Source: Paraspadella gotoi | Lineage: Eukaryota > Animalia > Chaetognatha | Length of the DNA stretch: 64,000 bases | Direction: 5' to 3' | Assembly (NCBI GenBank): GCA_051294375.1 | Contig: CM119270.1 | Location: 384,713 to 448,712 of the forward strand | Shown here: positions 1 to 13,766 of the stretch, in pieces | Position numbering within the stretch: position 1 is the stretch's first letter | How the letters are laid out: every line of letters starts with the position of its first letter | The notes under the pieces: generated by a model | What the model saw: the letters and a program-made list of their open reading frames with translations, nothing else | Told to the model about the DNA's origin: nothing | The model's database searches: none | Made by a program: the position numbers and the translations under genes

Positions 1-91
1 CACAATGACCCTCCAATGCCCTCCTCCCCCAAAAGCTATCAAAAGGACGAATTTTGCTCAAAGAGCAGAGATCCGAGTATTGACAAAACCG

Positions 92-138
<47 letters not shown>

Positions 139-349
139 CTCATAATCGGCTCCGCGTTTGAGGTGATAATGAGATTCTCTTCCGTTGGTCATCGTCGTCG
201 TCGTCGTCGTCGTCGCTGTTGTTGTTGTTGTTATCATCGTCGGCGCCTTTGATTGCGTCTATGACATCGCAACCTCCTCTTCCTCTTCCTCCTCCCCCAT
301 CCGATTCGCGATTGAAGCAAGCCACACGCCATCTCTCTTGCCTTGCCAC

Positions 350-478
350 TTACCATGTCACAATGTCTCACCATGCCATTCGCAATGTCTTTCGCCATGC
401 CATTCGCCACTTCTATCGCCACGCCATTTACAATGTCTTTTGCCATGCCATTCGCAAAGTCTATCCCATTGCCAGTGC
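350..478. repeat. 24-bp minisatellite (~5 degenerate copies)
   Basis: Unit ~GCCATGCCATTCGCAATGTCTTTC; reads as ANGMAKDI repeats on the minus strand, but coding status is unsupported. Confidence 0.7.
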
Positions 479-751
479 TTTTTAAAGTTTTACATTTATA
501 ATTATAAGCCATATTAATCTTTCCCGTTTCCGATTTTAATCAAATTTAATCTTTCCCGTTTCTACTTCTCCCCATTCCTGTCGACCACCTCATCTCGTTT
601 CCACCATGAAAACTCGAAAAGACGTTGACCTCGATAGCTAAGTCCGCCGCCGCCCGCCGCTGCCCGCCGCCGCCNNNNNNNNNNNNNNNNNNNNNNNNNC
701 CCGCCGCCGCCCAACCGCTGCCCGCCGCCCCTCGCCGCCGCCCCACCGCCG

Positions 752-3068
752 CACACGTTACCTGATGACGGAAAATATCGGTGCCCAACTTTTCACAGCT
801 ACGATCTCAATAGATTTTTCGTAAAGTTGGTTGTGAATTTAAAGTTCTGAGCCGAGATACTGACCTTAGCTATTTGCGTTTGTTTGTCATGGTTGATTTT
901 TGTACAAGTTGTCATTTCGAACATAAATTGATTTTTACTAACTTTTTTCGACATGGCGGACTTTAACCTTAGGTAAAAAATAGTTATTTGAAAAAATATT
1001 TACTTCTTTCCACGATTATCAGAAAGCTCTTTTCATAGGGTTCTGCTGAAACCATGCTTCTTTCAATGATTTAAAGGTCGAATTACTGGAATACAGTGGG
1101 CATGCATGATGACAGCATCATTTTTCTCAGTACTTTCTTTCCTTTAAGTTCCAAAATTTTCATCTTTAAGGTCCTGGGTTAACTAGGGTATTAAAACGAA
1201 ATTGAACCTGAGATGGTATTTAATAGTCAGGAGTAGTTCCCATTTATTACCCCCTGTTGCGGTTTTTTTGCGGTTTCCTTTAAGAAAGAAATAGGCCTCA
1301 CCAGTTGATAGTTCATGCAAATTTAAGATAAAGTTAAATTCATTTTAATTATATTTGACTAAAATAAAATAACCTCAACCTTCAGTATTTAAATAAATAT
1401 ATAAGGATTAAAAGATATATTTTTAACTTTTCATTCGATTTATTATTTTTAAAAAAAATTGTTTTCTTCTATGAGAAACCAAAATATTTATCCTAGGATG
1501 TCAAGATCAAATTTTTAAATTGTTTGAAATATTTGAAACTGCATTTGAACATCTCGGTTTTCCTAGGGTTTCTAGTAGTAACGCATTTAAATGTACGTTT
1601 TAATAGTCAATTTTCATATTTCGTCTACTATGGTAAAGCAGTTTCCTTCGGTTTAAATATCAAAAGAGATATAAAGATAAACAAAACAGTAATCTTCGAA
1701 AATTTTTATTTTCTATATAAATTAACTATAAAAAAAGGATGGAAAATCAACTTTGCCGGACAAATCAATTAAAATAGTGGTGATCAATAAAAATATCAGA
1801 ATTATCTGGCCAAATGTCATAAGCAAACTAATATCAGATTAGTCGATAGATCATTTGTCTTAAGAAACTAACAACGGGAACACAGTAACAACGACAAATA
1901 TGCAGTGTAACGTTTCATATTCAATACAAAAAGAAAAAAATTCTTTAAGTTGAATATATTGTTAATTATTATAATTTACTCTTGTTTTTACTGACGACAA
2001 AACATGTTTCTCTGTCCATCTTGTAAAATGGTCTTGATTAATTCTTTTAAAAATTGAATTTTATTTTGTGAAGTCTCACATTTTTTGGTTATGTACCTTC
2101 AACGCTGAGGTCGCCAAATGACCTAATACTTACTTTTTTGCTTTACTTCAGTCAGTTGTACCTTCTCTCTCTCAATCTCTCTCTCTCCTCTCTATATATA
2201 TATATACAATTATACATAAGAAAGAGAAGAAAGGGAGAAAGTGAGAGAGAATGAGATATATATATATTATCTCTCGCTCTCTTTCTCTGTCTGTATCTGT
2301 CAGGTCTCTCTTTCTAACTCAACATCTTCTTCCCGCTTCTTTGCTCTCCTACACCTCTCCCCTCTCTATCTGTAGAGAAGCATTGGCTCTCTACCCTCTT
2401 GAGGTGAGGATGTCCACTTGCGTCGCAACTTATCTGACGAAAAAGTATCCCAAAACGTTTCTTGTAAACTTTGAAGCTTTCAAAAGCGAAAAAGAAATGC
2501 GGGAATAAATGTAAATAAAATGTAAAAAATGTAGACAAATCCGTAGAGAAAATCGAGATCAATCGAGCAGAATCAATAAATCGTAGTAGGAATCCAATAA
2601 ATCATGAAGAATCTTTTCAGAAATAAGAGATAAACTGTAAGAAAGTAGTTGACAGTCTAGAGTGATCCAGTTGAATCTAAATCTGTCTTGTTTGTCTTGG
2701 TCCAAGTTAAAGTTTGGAGAGAGAGAGAGAAAGAGGAGAGAGGGAGAGAAAGAGTTGGAAGGAGAAAAGAGTCAGGTCAGTCCTGTCCGCGTCGATTCGG
2801 TCAACGGTCGAATGGGCAGACTGGCCCGTACTCCGTCGGTCTCGGCCTTTCTCTTCACTATCTCTCTTTCTGTCCTCTCTCTCTCCGAATGAAATTTGCG
2901 GTGATGTTGGCACTGCTTCGTTGTGTATTGTTTATTTAAAGCATTACTAAACCAATTTGTTGCGTTATTAGTTTATTTGTTTATTAGTTTATTTATCTTT
3001 AGTTATTTTCAATTTTCAAGTTTACTTAATTTATTCTATCCTTGATTTGTACATTTAAAAATGTCATT

Positions 3069-3100
<32 letters not shown>

Positions 3101-4835
3101 TCTCTCACTTTTCACAATTTCAAAAAAAAAACTTACTTCCCCTTTTTCCCTGTGTCCTTATCTTCAACCTGCTCCTTCACATCTGACCACTGGTTCCTTC
3201 TCTCAATTTCTTTTGTTGGAAAACTCCTCTCTCTCTCTCTCTCTTTCTTTCTCTCTATCTCTATCTCACCTCTTATGTCTGTGAAAGTTTGTCCCAAAAC
3301 TAGCGCTGATAGTGCTGAAGACTCAAAAAATGTAAGCAGACGAAAACATTTCACAGGTACACTGAATGTATAATAAAATGCGTTTGTGATTAAACATTTC
3401 TTTCATTTTGTGTTTTGAGTTTTATTTTAAGGATTAAAGACGAAGTCTTATTACGTCAACGATTATTATTTTAATGGCTACAGTACTTTTCGCTTTCATT
3501 TCAAGCTTTCATCAGTTGCTTTTGACAATTCAAATTTTCATGTTATCTAAATTGACTTTGGACGAGATGAGAGAGAGAGAGAGAGAGGAGAGAGAAGAAA
3601 TGGCCAACAAAGAAGTGAGACAGGGCCAGTGCGTTGAAATGTTGAGGACAGCGTTTTAAGTTGGTAGAGAGAGTAGAGAGAGAGAGAGAGAGACAGGGAA
3701 GCCAGAGGGTTAACCAGTTTTTGGAAGTACCATTAAATAAAGTCATTGATGCTAATAAGACTTGGTCTTTAATCTTCAAATAATAAAATCCTTGTCAACC
3801 ATTAAAAACTTTTCGTTTTTCAAAGCTCCGCTAACATTTATATTCAACTAAAAACCATTAAACGGGTTATTAATTCTCATTTGCATATTGTAGTGAAGAG
3901 ATTTTAAATAAAAAAATTAAGAAAAACAAACAAAAAAAAAGAAACCAAATATTTAAAGAAAAAGTGAATACACTTATATAAATGAAAAATATAATATCTA
4001 TATTACAGCATAAATCCCTTTTTTTTTAATTTTTAAAAAAATTATTTTTAATAGATAATGAACTTAGGAATTGCAGAATATTTAAAGTTTTTAGTCATTT
4101 TAAAGTCAAAACGGATTTCTGGAGAGTGGGTGGGATGTTGGCTCAATTACATCTATTTAAAAAAAAAAGGAGTCTTCTGGCCTCTGGATAGCGAGGCCCT
4201 GTGATATTTTCCGTCTATTTCCACCCTACTAAGCTCATTAGTGTAGTCGTTCTGGCTCAGATAGCGAGCGCCCTGTGATATTTTTCCGTCATCCACCGCT
4301 ACTAAGCTCATATAGTGTAAGTCGTTCTGGCTCAGGATTAGCGAGGCCTGTGATATTTTCCGTCATCCACCCTTATTAAGCTCATATTAGTGTAGTCGTT
4401 CTGGCTCGATAGCCGAGGCCCTGTGATATTTTTCCGATTCCAATCCACCCTACTAAGCTTCATATAGTTAGTCGTTCTGGCTTCGATAGCGAGGCCCTGT
4501 TAGATATTTTCCGTCATCCACCCATTACTAAGCTCATATAGTGTAGTACGTCGGGCTCGGATAGCAGGCCCTGTTTTTGATATTTTCCGTCATCCACCCT
4601 ACTAAGCTATATTAGTGTAGTCGTTCTGGCTCGATAGCGAGGCCCTGTTTTGATATTTTCCGTCATCCAACCCTACTAAGCTCATAAGTGTAGTCGTTCT
4701 GGCTCGAGTAGCGAGGCCCCTGTGATATTTTCCGTCATCCACCCCTACTAAGCTCATATAGTGTAGTCGTTCTGGCCTCTGATAGCGAGCCCTGTTGATA
4801 TTTTCCGTCATCCACCCTACTAAGCTCATATAGTG
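752..4835. mobile_element. Non-autonomous TIR DNA transposon, copy 1 (Transib/RAG-like or Chapaev/CACTA-like; CAC...GTG ends)
   Basis: Starts CACACGTTACCTGATGACGGAAAATATC and ends GATATTTTCCGTCATCCACCCTACTAAGCTCATATAGTG (same box inverted). Colinear with 31747-35968 in unrelated flanks. Inserted in a (GCC)-rich tract (cgccg|...|ccggccg). No transposase ORF seen. Confidence 0.85.
4171..4835 (+). repeat. Tandem array of ~9 x 70-bp units forming the right end of the transposon
   Basis: Consensus TAGTCGTTCTGGCTCGATAGCGAGGCCCTGTGATATTTTCCGTCATCCACCCTACTAAGCTCATATAGTG. Unit ends near 4243, 4316, 4392, 4467, 4543, 4617, 4690, 4763, 4835. Confidence 0.95.
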
Positions 4836-5089
4836 CCGGCCGCCCGCCGCTGCCCGCCGCTTTCCGCCCCTCGCCGCTCTGAATCTATAAGATAATGTTA
4901 TAACGAATTATTATGTGTTATGATGTGTGCTATAATAATGAGGTCGTGTATCTGACTAGTGACGTCGTACAGAATCGTCGTACTATTAGACTCATCATTG
5001 TTACGTCGTACGTTGTCGGTCTGTCATCTGTCGTCTGTATCCTGTTGTCGTCTTCTCGTCTGATAACGATCTCTGTCTGTCGATTCACT

Positions 5090-6030
5090 CGTCTATCTAT
5101 CGTCATCGATCGTCGTTCGTTCGTTATCAAGCACAAGTTATTGCCGCGAAATCTAAGTTGTTTTTGATATTGCTCTCATGAGTCGGCGTCCTCAGTACGC
5201 ATGGCCTTTGCGCCTCGTGTGCGAATATACTTTTGCGCCTCGTACGCATTGGGCCTTGCAGCGGTCGTCGTGCTGAGATCACGTGAAGAAGAAACATTAT
5301 TGCTAACTTCTATGTACTGCTTTAATAATCTGTATAATCAAGCCTACGTGAAGCTTGCACGATTGACACATTGGTTCTGCCTCTGTGATGCGAGTGGCTT
5401 ACTATTATGTACTGCCTATGAAAAGGCAATAGAACTAAATTGCCGCTCATTCATTTTGTATCGCTGACAAACTTAACCTTTGCGGCGCTAGTACGACCTT
5501 GTCCTATGCGCATCTGTACGCTTGTCATTGCCGCCTCTGTACTCATTGGCCTGCGCTTCTGGTAGCGGCACATTTGACGCTGTAATAACGAGGCGTACTT
5601 GAGTAAGACTGTATGTAAAATAAGTATTCATATGTCATATAACTGAAAAAAGAAACTATCAAAAGAAAATGTCTGTATATACCTTATTATATGTAACCCT
5701 CTAGAATGCGCCGATAGCCACGTATAATGGAAATATACATTATCGAACGCATTTAGATGGCTAATAATTTACATCAAAATCATCACTAATAATATCTATC
5801 TTTCGGTCGGTCGGTCGTTCCATCGTTGACGCTCACAAATAGAGCAATGCGTGAGTTTAACTTGTTTGTAAGTTATAAGATGTAGTACTTAAGGTTAATG
5901 AAAGATAGTATGTATTAATCGTAATATAAGTGTAGATAACATCTGAGTAAAATGAGTAAGATGCTGAAATCGCAATGTCCTGGGAATTAATGGAAAAACT
6001 CATCGAGGACAAAAAAATTTTAGTAGATAT
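5090..6030 (+). repeat. Error-rich direct duplicate of ~6090-6830
   Basis: Shared anchors ttatcaagca..agttattg, ctcatgagtcggcgtcctcagtacgc, tgagtaagactgtatg, tttcggtcggtcggtc; many indels. Confidence 0.8.
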
Positions 6031-6204
6031 CATCTTACATGTAAATTGGTTATCTCTCTCTGAAATCTAAAAACTCATCTTTCGTCGTCGTCTTCGTCGT
6101 CGTCTTCATCGTCATCATCGTCATCATCGTCGTCGTCGTTATCAAGCAAAGTTATTGCGCGAATCTAAGTTGTTTTGATTATTGCTCTCATGAGTCGGCG
6201 TCCT

Positions 6205-6518
6205 CAGTACGCATTGGCCTTTGCGCCTCTGTGCGAATTATACTTTGCGCCTCTGTACGCATTGGCCTTTGCGCCTCTGTGAGAATTCACCTTTGCAACT
6301 CTGTACGCTTATATCTTTTCGCCTCTGTGCACATTGACCTTTTCGCCTCTGTATGCATTGGCCTTTGCGCCTATTAAGGCACTGGCCTTTGCGCCTCTGT
6401 ACCCATTAACCTTTGCGGCGCTGTACGCCTTGTCCTATGCGCATCTGTACGCCTTGTCCATTGCGCCTCTGTACTCATTGGCCTTTGCGCTTCTGTACGC
6501 ATTGACCTTCGAGCGTCT
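6205..6518. repeat. 24-bp minisatellite (~13 copies)
   Basis: Unit TACGCATTGGCCTTTGCGCCTCTG; stops occur in all six frames. A noisy second copy of the surrounding region lies at ~5090-6030. Confidence 0.9.
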
Positions 6519-6837
6519 GAGTAAGACTGTATGTTAATGTATCATAATCTAAAATAAAAGAAACATCTTATACTTTTTCCCCTGAATCCCAAACCCACGA
6601 TTTAACATTCAACCTTTGATCTTATTTCTCATCATCACAAAATCCTCATCTTTTCGGTCGGTCGGTCTGTCCCACTTACCGCTCAAAATGAGAGCAATGC
6701 TAGTTACTTGTTTAAGTTAGTACTTGGTTTGAAGTATATGTAGTAATATGTAGTAACAGTAAAATGAGATGCTTAAATCGCAGTCCTGTGATAATGTGAA
6801 AAAAACCATCGTAGGAAAAAAAATTTATAATTCACTT

Positions 6838-7190
6838 AATGAAATTGGTACAACCAATATAAATTTATCCATTCATTTAATAAATAAGCTATCTTGTCCC
6901 TGACTTTGGACAGGCTTTGGTGGTTTAAGGCCTCCATCACACTTACAAGATAATAACATAGCAGGTTTAATACTTTATTAAAAGCGTAAAATATTTTCTG
7001 ACTTTTATTGTCTGTATACATACGTTCCATGTAAATCATCACTTGATCTTCCTGCAAACCAAAAACCAAAAACCAAACTAACTAAAAATTATATTTTTAT
7101 TCAAAAAATAAACTATCTTGACCCTGACTTTGGACAGGCTTTGGCGGTTTAAGGCCTCCATCACTTTTACAAGATAAAGACATAGCAAGT
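6838..7190 (+). repeat. Dispersed repeat fragment with internal ~80-bp direct duplication
   Basis: ctatcttg.ccctgactttggacaggctttgg.ggtttaaggcctccatcac occurs at ~6889 and ~7113; 6840-6940 is the reverse complement of 43960-44062. Confidence 0.85.
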
Positions 7191-7869
7191 CCCTGCAAGC
7201 TTTCAATCAAGACTCTCTCACAGTCGACATTTCATTTCTTTTTCTTGTTTTTTTGCCAATCAATACGTTTTTTTTTTCTTTTTTTGTTTNNNNNNNNNNN
7301 NNNNNNNNNNNNNNNNNNNNNNNNNNNNNNNNNNNNNNNNNNNNNNNNNNNNNNNNNNNNNNNNNNNNNNNNNNNNNNNNNNNNNNNNNNNNNNNNNNNN
7401 NNNNNNNNNNNNNNNNNNNNNNNNNNNNNNNNNNNNNNNNNNNNNNNNNNNNNNNNNNNNNNNNNNNNNNNNNNNNNNNNNNNNNNNNNNNNNNNNNNNN
7501 NNNNNNNNNNNNNNNNNNNNNNNNNNNNNNNNNNNNNNNNNNNNNNNNNNNNNNNAGAGAGAGAGAGAGATTAAACAAAGACGATCTTTTTTAGATCCAT
7601 GATTATTCTTTTTGTTTTATTTGCTCTTTTCTTTCTTAATTATTGTTGTGTGTGTTTTTTTTGGGGGGGAGGATCCTTCTTACGTCTGCTAGTCATTTCC
7701 TTTGCGCGCGCGTCCTCTTCCGGAATTCTTTGTTACTAGAAAAAACAAAAGACAAACGAAAAGGAAAACAAAGAGAGAAAAAACAACAAAGGATTTTTTT
7801 GAAAATGAAAACAGTTGTTTATCATTTGAGGCAAAATAAAAGAAAAGAAAGAGAAAAAGAAAGAGAAAA

Positions 7870-7960
<91 letters not shown>

Positions 7961-8755
7961 GAGACTTTTGGAAAACGATTAAGGGAATCTTGAAGACAGA
8001 AGGCGCGTGCCGAAAACGAGAGAAAGAGAAAGAGAGAGAGAAAATAATGTTTTCATTACGATTTTTAAAAAAACAAAAGACGTAACACATTAGAGATTCT
8101 ACATTTCACAACGTTTAACTTTCTAACTAAATAATAATAAAATATTAAATTAGTACATTTAATGTATTCTTATTTTTCTAAATCTTAATCTAATAAAGAA
8201 TTGCTTTTAAAGGTCAATTGTCTGGAAAATAAAAACGTCTACATCTCCTATTAATTTCTAATCTTCTAATCTTCTAATCTTCTTAACTTTTAATCTTTTA
8301 TCAAACAATTTTTTTTTCTCTTAAAATCTCATCCAATAAATTTTATGAGTAGAAAATCTCCTTTCATGAAAAGATTCAAGATATTATGATAAAAATTGTG
8401 ATAACACATTGTGATAAAAATTGATAAAAAATAAAATGAAAAAAAGGGCAAAAGAAAAAAGTCGTGACTTTTAAAGTTTTCTTTATTTTTTGTTGCTTTG
8501 ACGCGACAACGACGACGACGACGACGATGACGACGACGACGACGATAAGACATCGAAATGACATAACACTTAATAAGTAATTTGTTTTCCTCATTTTTTT
8601 TCTCCTTCTAATTCATCTCCTTTTTCTTCTTCTTCTTCTTGATAATCATAAGTTTTCTGTCTTAAGTCAAGAATCTCCAGAAGGAGATTTCGTCTGTCAG
8701 GAGACGGAGTCGTACATCGAATAAACATGAGGGAAAAGAGGAGAGAGAGGAGGAG

Positions 8756-8787
<32 letters not shown>

Positions 8788-9111
8788 GAGAGAAGAGAGA
8801 GAGAGAAGAGAGAGAGGAGAGAGAGAGAGAGAATTGTAACGGTAAAGTCAGGAGAAAAAGTAGAAAAGTGAATAAACTTCCCTCCTTTTCTCCGCTGTTC
8901 TTCTTCTCTCACAAATCCTCTTTCTCTCTCCCATCTCTCTCTGTCTCATTCTATCTCTGTCTGTTCTGCTCTCTGCTCTCTCTCTCTTCTTCTCTCTTCT
9001 CTCTCTCATCCTATCTTTCGCCTAAAACCATTTCTTGCTTCGCTTCCCACTTTTTTCTTCTGACCACACATGGTGTGACGTCATTAAAAATTCATGGACT
9101 GGACATCTCTC

Positions 9112-9185
<74 letters not shown>

Positions 9186-10686
9186 ATCCCGCGCGTTTCC
9201 CTGACAAACGAAGGTTGGCCATTGCCCTCCATTCTAATACAAATTGTTTTCCGCTTCTTTTTTCTCATCTTACACTGTCTTTTCTCTCTCTATTCCTCTC
9301 TTTTCTTTCTCGCCGTCCTGTCTCTCTCTCTTTCTCCTCTCTCTCTACTCCTCCGCTCTCTCTCTCTCTCTCTCTCTTCTCATCTCTCCTCTTATTTCTC
9401 TCTCTCTTTCTCTCTCTCTTGTAATTTTTTTACTAATATATTTACATTTCTTGAAATAATATGTACATTAAGGTGAAATGAAAGTTTGGAATCAAAATTT
9501 AGCAGTTATATTTTGAAAACTATCATATTAGTGAATACTAATCTGTAGTTATTTTTCTTTTTTTACAATTATAATAGCCCAGTCAGCTTATTTTTTATAT
9601 AGTACTACCCTTATATAATGTCAAAATTTACAAATGTTTTTTTTTTAATTTTGAGAACAGATTCAGATTCCTCGTTAAAAGTTGGTGAAAGAAAATATAA
9701 ATCTTTTTCAAAAATTATGGGATTAAGTAGGTTATAATTATAAAAAACTATATTTTTAAGCTGGAAATTAAAAATCAGTATTTTAAATATGGTTTTTTAT
9801 ATTTTTGACTAACTTAATAAAAAAAAATAATTGTACTTTCTTATATCAACTTTTTGCAAAGAATTTAAATCTGATCTTAAAATTTAAAAAATTGCAATTT
9901 GAAATTTTAGCCTATTATATATTTATTATTATATATAAATATAGTTAACTAGTGCCCACTAATGTATAAAATTGAAAAATAAATTTACCAAAGTACTTTT
10001 ATTGGTTTTTATGTTCATGTTTTATATGCTAAATTTTAATTTTCTAAAATTTTATCATTTTCACATCATTCTAATGTACATACATATATATGTACAGCTC
10101 ATTAACAATTGCATTGTTACTGTGTTAAATTTTCACATTTTGAGCATAATAAATCAAATCAAATCTCTCTCTTTCTCTCTCTCTTTTTTTTTCTCTCTCT
10201 CTGTCTGTCTCTCCCTCTCTCCTTATCTCTCTCTCTTTCTTTCTCTGTGTCTCTTTCTCTCTATCTAACCCTAAGATAGAATTTTTCCCCTGCTTCCTCT
10301 TAAAATTAAAAAGAAATTCCGAACCCCCGTGGTTACTACCGACCAGAGGGGTCAGATCAGCTTAGGTCAGACCAGGTCAGGTCAGACCGGGTCAGGTCAG
10401 ACTAGAAAAGGTCAGCACTCCAGGTGGTGGAAAAAGAGCAAAATATTGAAAGGCTTCATTATGTGAATAAACCAACGAAGGAATGAAGTAAAAGACTTGA
10501 TGAATGAAATAAAAGATTTGATGTATGAAATAAATAGTTATAATGATAAAAAAATGAATTTTGATTCCAGTAATTTATTTTGTTCCTATGTTGAGTAAAA
10601 GGGCATTGTAATCGTGTGGGTGAGAGAAAAGGCGAGAGAGAGAAAGAGAGAGAGAAAGAGAGAAGGAGAGAAGAGACGATGAGAGA

Positions 10687-10724
<38 letters not shown>

Positions 10725-10793
10725 GCCTTCGTAAAAACCGATCTTCGTTTCCACCGAATGAATTTTATTGCTGAACCCAAATCGTCGCTACGG

Positions 10794-10916
10794 GATGAGA
10801 GATGAGAGATGAGAGATGAGAGATGAAAGATGAGAGATGAGAGATGAAAGATAAAAGATGAGAGATGAAAGATGAGAGATGAGAGATGAGAGATGAAGAT
10901 TGAAAGATGAGAGAAG
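10794..10916 (+). repeat. 7-bp tandem repeat (GATGAGA)n
   Basis: About 17 units with A/G variants. Confidence 0.9.
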
Positions 10917-11639
10917 AGAGAAAAGAAAACTAGGGAAAAACTATTTTAAAATTTTGACATTTCCTATGTATAAATATTGGGCTAATGCGAAAATTGAGAA
11001 ATTTAAAAAAAAAGTTTATATATCGTCAGCGGATACATTGTAAAGATATCAATGTTCTTTAGTCCAAGTAGTTGATCATGAACACATGATCATTGATCAA
11101 CTATTTGCAACTTTCAATACGCCTTATTGATCAGAAACCTTATTGATCAGAAACCTCGTCTCTTAGAAGGAAACCTGAATCTCGGACCCCGAGGATCTTT
11201 ACCCAGGGTCTTAACCCGGGTTCCAGACCCCCTTAAATTTGCGTTTTATTTCGAATTCAGCAAGGTTGATTCAGTACATACAGGAGCATCAAAAAGGAGA
11301 ATGGGGGGTCTTCAACTTGGTCTCCGCAAAGTCCTCTACTCTTTGCGTCCAAGATTCTGTTTACCCAATTTGAGCTCAATTTTTCGGGACGATGGAAGGC
11401 AGAGTTGTTGTTGTTGTTGTTGTTGTTGTTGATTCTTGTTCTTTTTCGTTGTTGTTATCGTCTTTGTCGTCGGTTTTATTGTTGTTGTCACTTTGTTGTT
11501 GTCGATGTTGTTATCATGTTTGGTTAGGAGAAGACAGAGACAGAGACGTTTTAAAAGTGAAAAGAAAGAATAAGAAAAAAGGAAAAGAGAGAGAAGAGAG
11601 AGAGAGGAGAGAGAGAGAATGAGAGGAGAGAGAGAGAGA

Positions 11640-13714
11640 GAGAGAGAGAGGAGGAGAGAGAGAGATAAGTGAGACGTAAACTTAACAACACGAATGTACG
11701 ACTTCTAATAAAAAGAGACAATTCGCCTTTTTCCGTCGCTCAAACTTGTCGGTCGTTGTCTTCCCTCCTCCTCTTTCCCTATTAGAGTCCAGAGCCCTTA
11801 TCGACTATGATTTCGACTACCTCAAACGGTAACAATGAATACATGATTTCATGATTTTATGTATTCATGGCTCCTGCATCTTCTGATTAAAATGCACTCC
11901 TGTTTTTATTTCGGGCATCTACTTCTCCTCACTCCTCTAACTCGCTTCACTTCTCCTCCTAATTATGAATTCATGTACGGAAAAAGACTAACCAATTCAG
12001 TTTCAGCAACAAAAAGATTACGAGACAAAATTCATAGCGGTGAAATCAATGCAATGAAATTCATTTACACTAAAAAATAAAACGGGTAAAGAATATAAAA
12101 GAAACACTTGGCAATGGTTTACAATCATTAAGCTTTTGTTCGATGGAGTTTCTTTTGTCAGTTTCATTGTAAGATGAATTCACTTCTCAGATTCATTTAT
12201 GAATCAGTTGATGAGATCCGTTAGAAGACAAATTATTTAGTTGAATTTATAATGAATTCATCCCATTGCCAGTAAATAACATGGGAAACTATCAACGATA
12301 TGAGACTGAAAGTTTCCTTGCTCTTTTAAGAGTGACATGTACTAACAACGGTTTTAAAAGATGAATTCACTTTTTCAGATTCATTCTTAAAATTCCCATA
12401 CTATTCGAGACCAGTTTTGAATTTTTTCGTTAAAAACTAATTAATCAATTATTTGTGGAATTGATTTAATTCGCATTGATTTTATTCACGTTTTATTTTG
12501 CCAGTTTTTATATAAAGTATTTTAAAAACATGGATGAAGTAAATCAGGACACATATAAGTCTTTAAAAACAAAAATGGTGCATTTGAAAATTAGAATGAA
12601 CGAAAGATATAAGTGATGCGAAAAGAAGAAAACAAAGGAAATTTGTTTTATTGGAATTCATTAAACATTGAATTCAACTTCTGTTATCAATATTGAAATC
12701 ATTATTAAAGATAAAATTTTGTTTATTTGAATTTCATAAACCAATTGAATTCCTTCTGTTTTAGTTTTTTATTTATTTTTTGTCAAAATGCTTTCTTCTG
12801 GAGGGGTACTAGCCTAATTAAAAATATTATATTACTATAATAGAGCAAAATTTTTTTTTAAATCTTAAAATATTTTTTGATAGAATCTGATAGAGCACAA
12901 AAGTAAACCAAGAAATATAATTATCACAATTGAAATATAAAAAAACTGAATAAAATGCATCAAAAGATGAATGATGATTGTTTATGAGTTTTTCTCCTTA
13001 TTTTTTGATACACTTATCGTAAAAATATTTAAAAACAGAATTATACTTTGGTAGAAGCACTTTTTATGAGACTATTGAATCTGTTCTTAAAATTTAAAAA
13101 ACGTCTAAAATTTCTGGCTTTCCGTATCTAATAATAAATATTAAAATTAATTACTAGGGTATAAGAGCCATATATAGAAATCGTTTTTTGTCCATTGAAA
13201 GTATTCTCTAAATGTTTCGTCTTGACATTTTTCACCCCAATTGGAAGTTGCGGGCTACCCGCCCTATTATAGAACATTGAAATTCACGTATACAATGAAT
13301 ACATTGATCTCGGAAAATTTTTTTTTAAAAGAAAGGGCGTTTAATGAATTCATGCTCTTCGGCCGCGCAATTCGATAGACTGAATACACTGAGTCGAATT
13401 CGACAGCTTTCGAGTCTAACCTAGAATACAGTCGCTGGCGACTTTTCGCGACCGTTTGCGTGAGTCGAGTGGGTCGAATAAAGCTGCTCTGATATACCTC
13501 TCTATACTCCTTCTTTCCTCCTCTTGCCCCTACTCCCCTCCTCCTCTTCCTCCACCCAGGGGGGCGTGGCCTTCGCGGTCAGCGTCATCCGTGACCTTGA
13601 CCTATGACCTTGAGATCGACAGTCGATGACCTTGACGTTTTTTACGACTTCGCTGTTGGCCGAGATTTCCTTTTTTTATTCGTCGTTCCGTCTCTCTCTC
13701 TCTCTCCTCTCTCT

Positions 13715-13766
<52 letters not shown>

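Noticed and set aside
840-4170. Transposase gene inside the large element
   Set aside because: No long ORF or recognisable DDE/RAG1-core motif in either copy; interior is AT-rich with CT microsatellites. Heavily decayed remnants cannot be excluded by eye.
6190-6537. 8-aa repeat protein (YALAFAPL)
   Set aside because: Stops occur in every frame and no splice context was found; treated as a minisatellite.
10318-10420. snRNA-like gene
   Set aside because: No match to the U-snRNA sequences I recall; mostly a short (GGTCA)n repeat.
11127-11432. 101-aa ORF or terminal exon
   Set aside because: Unique GC-richer island, but no convincing splice sites, frame or motif on either strand.
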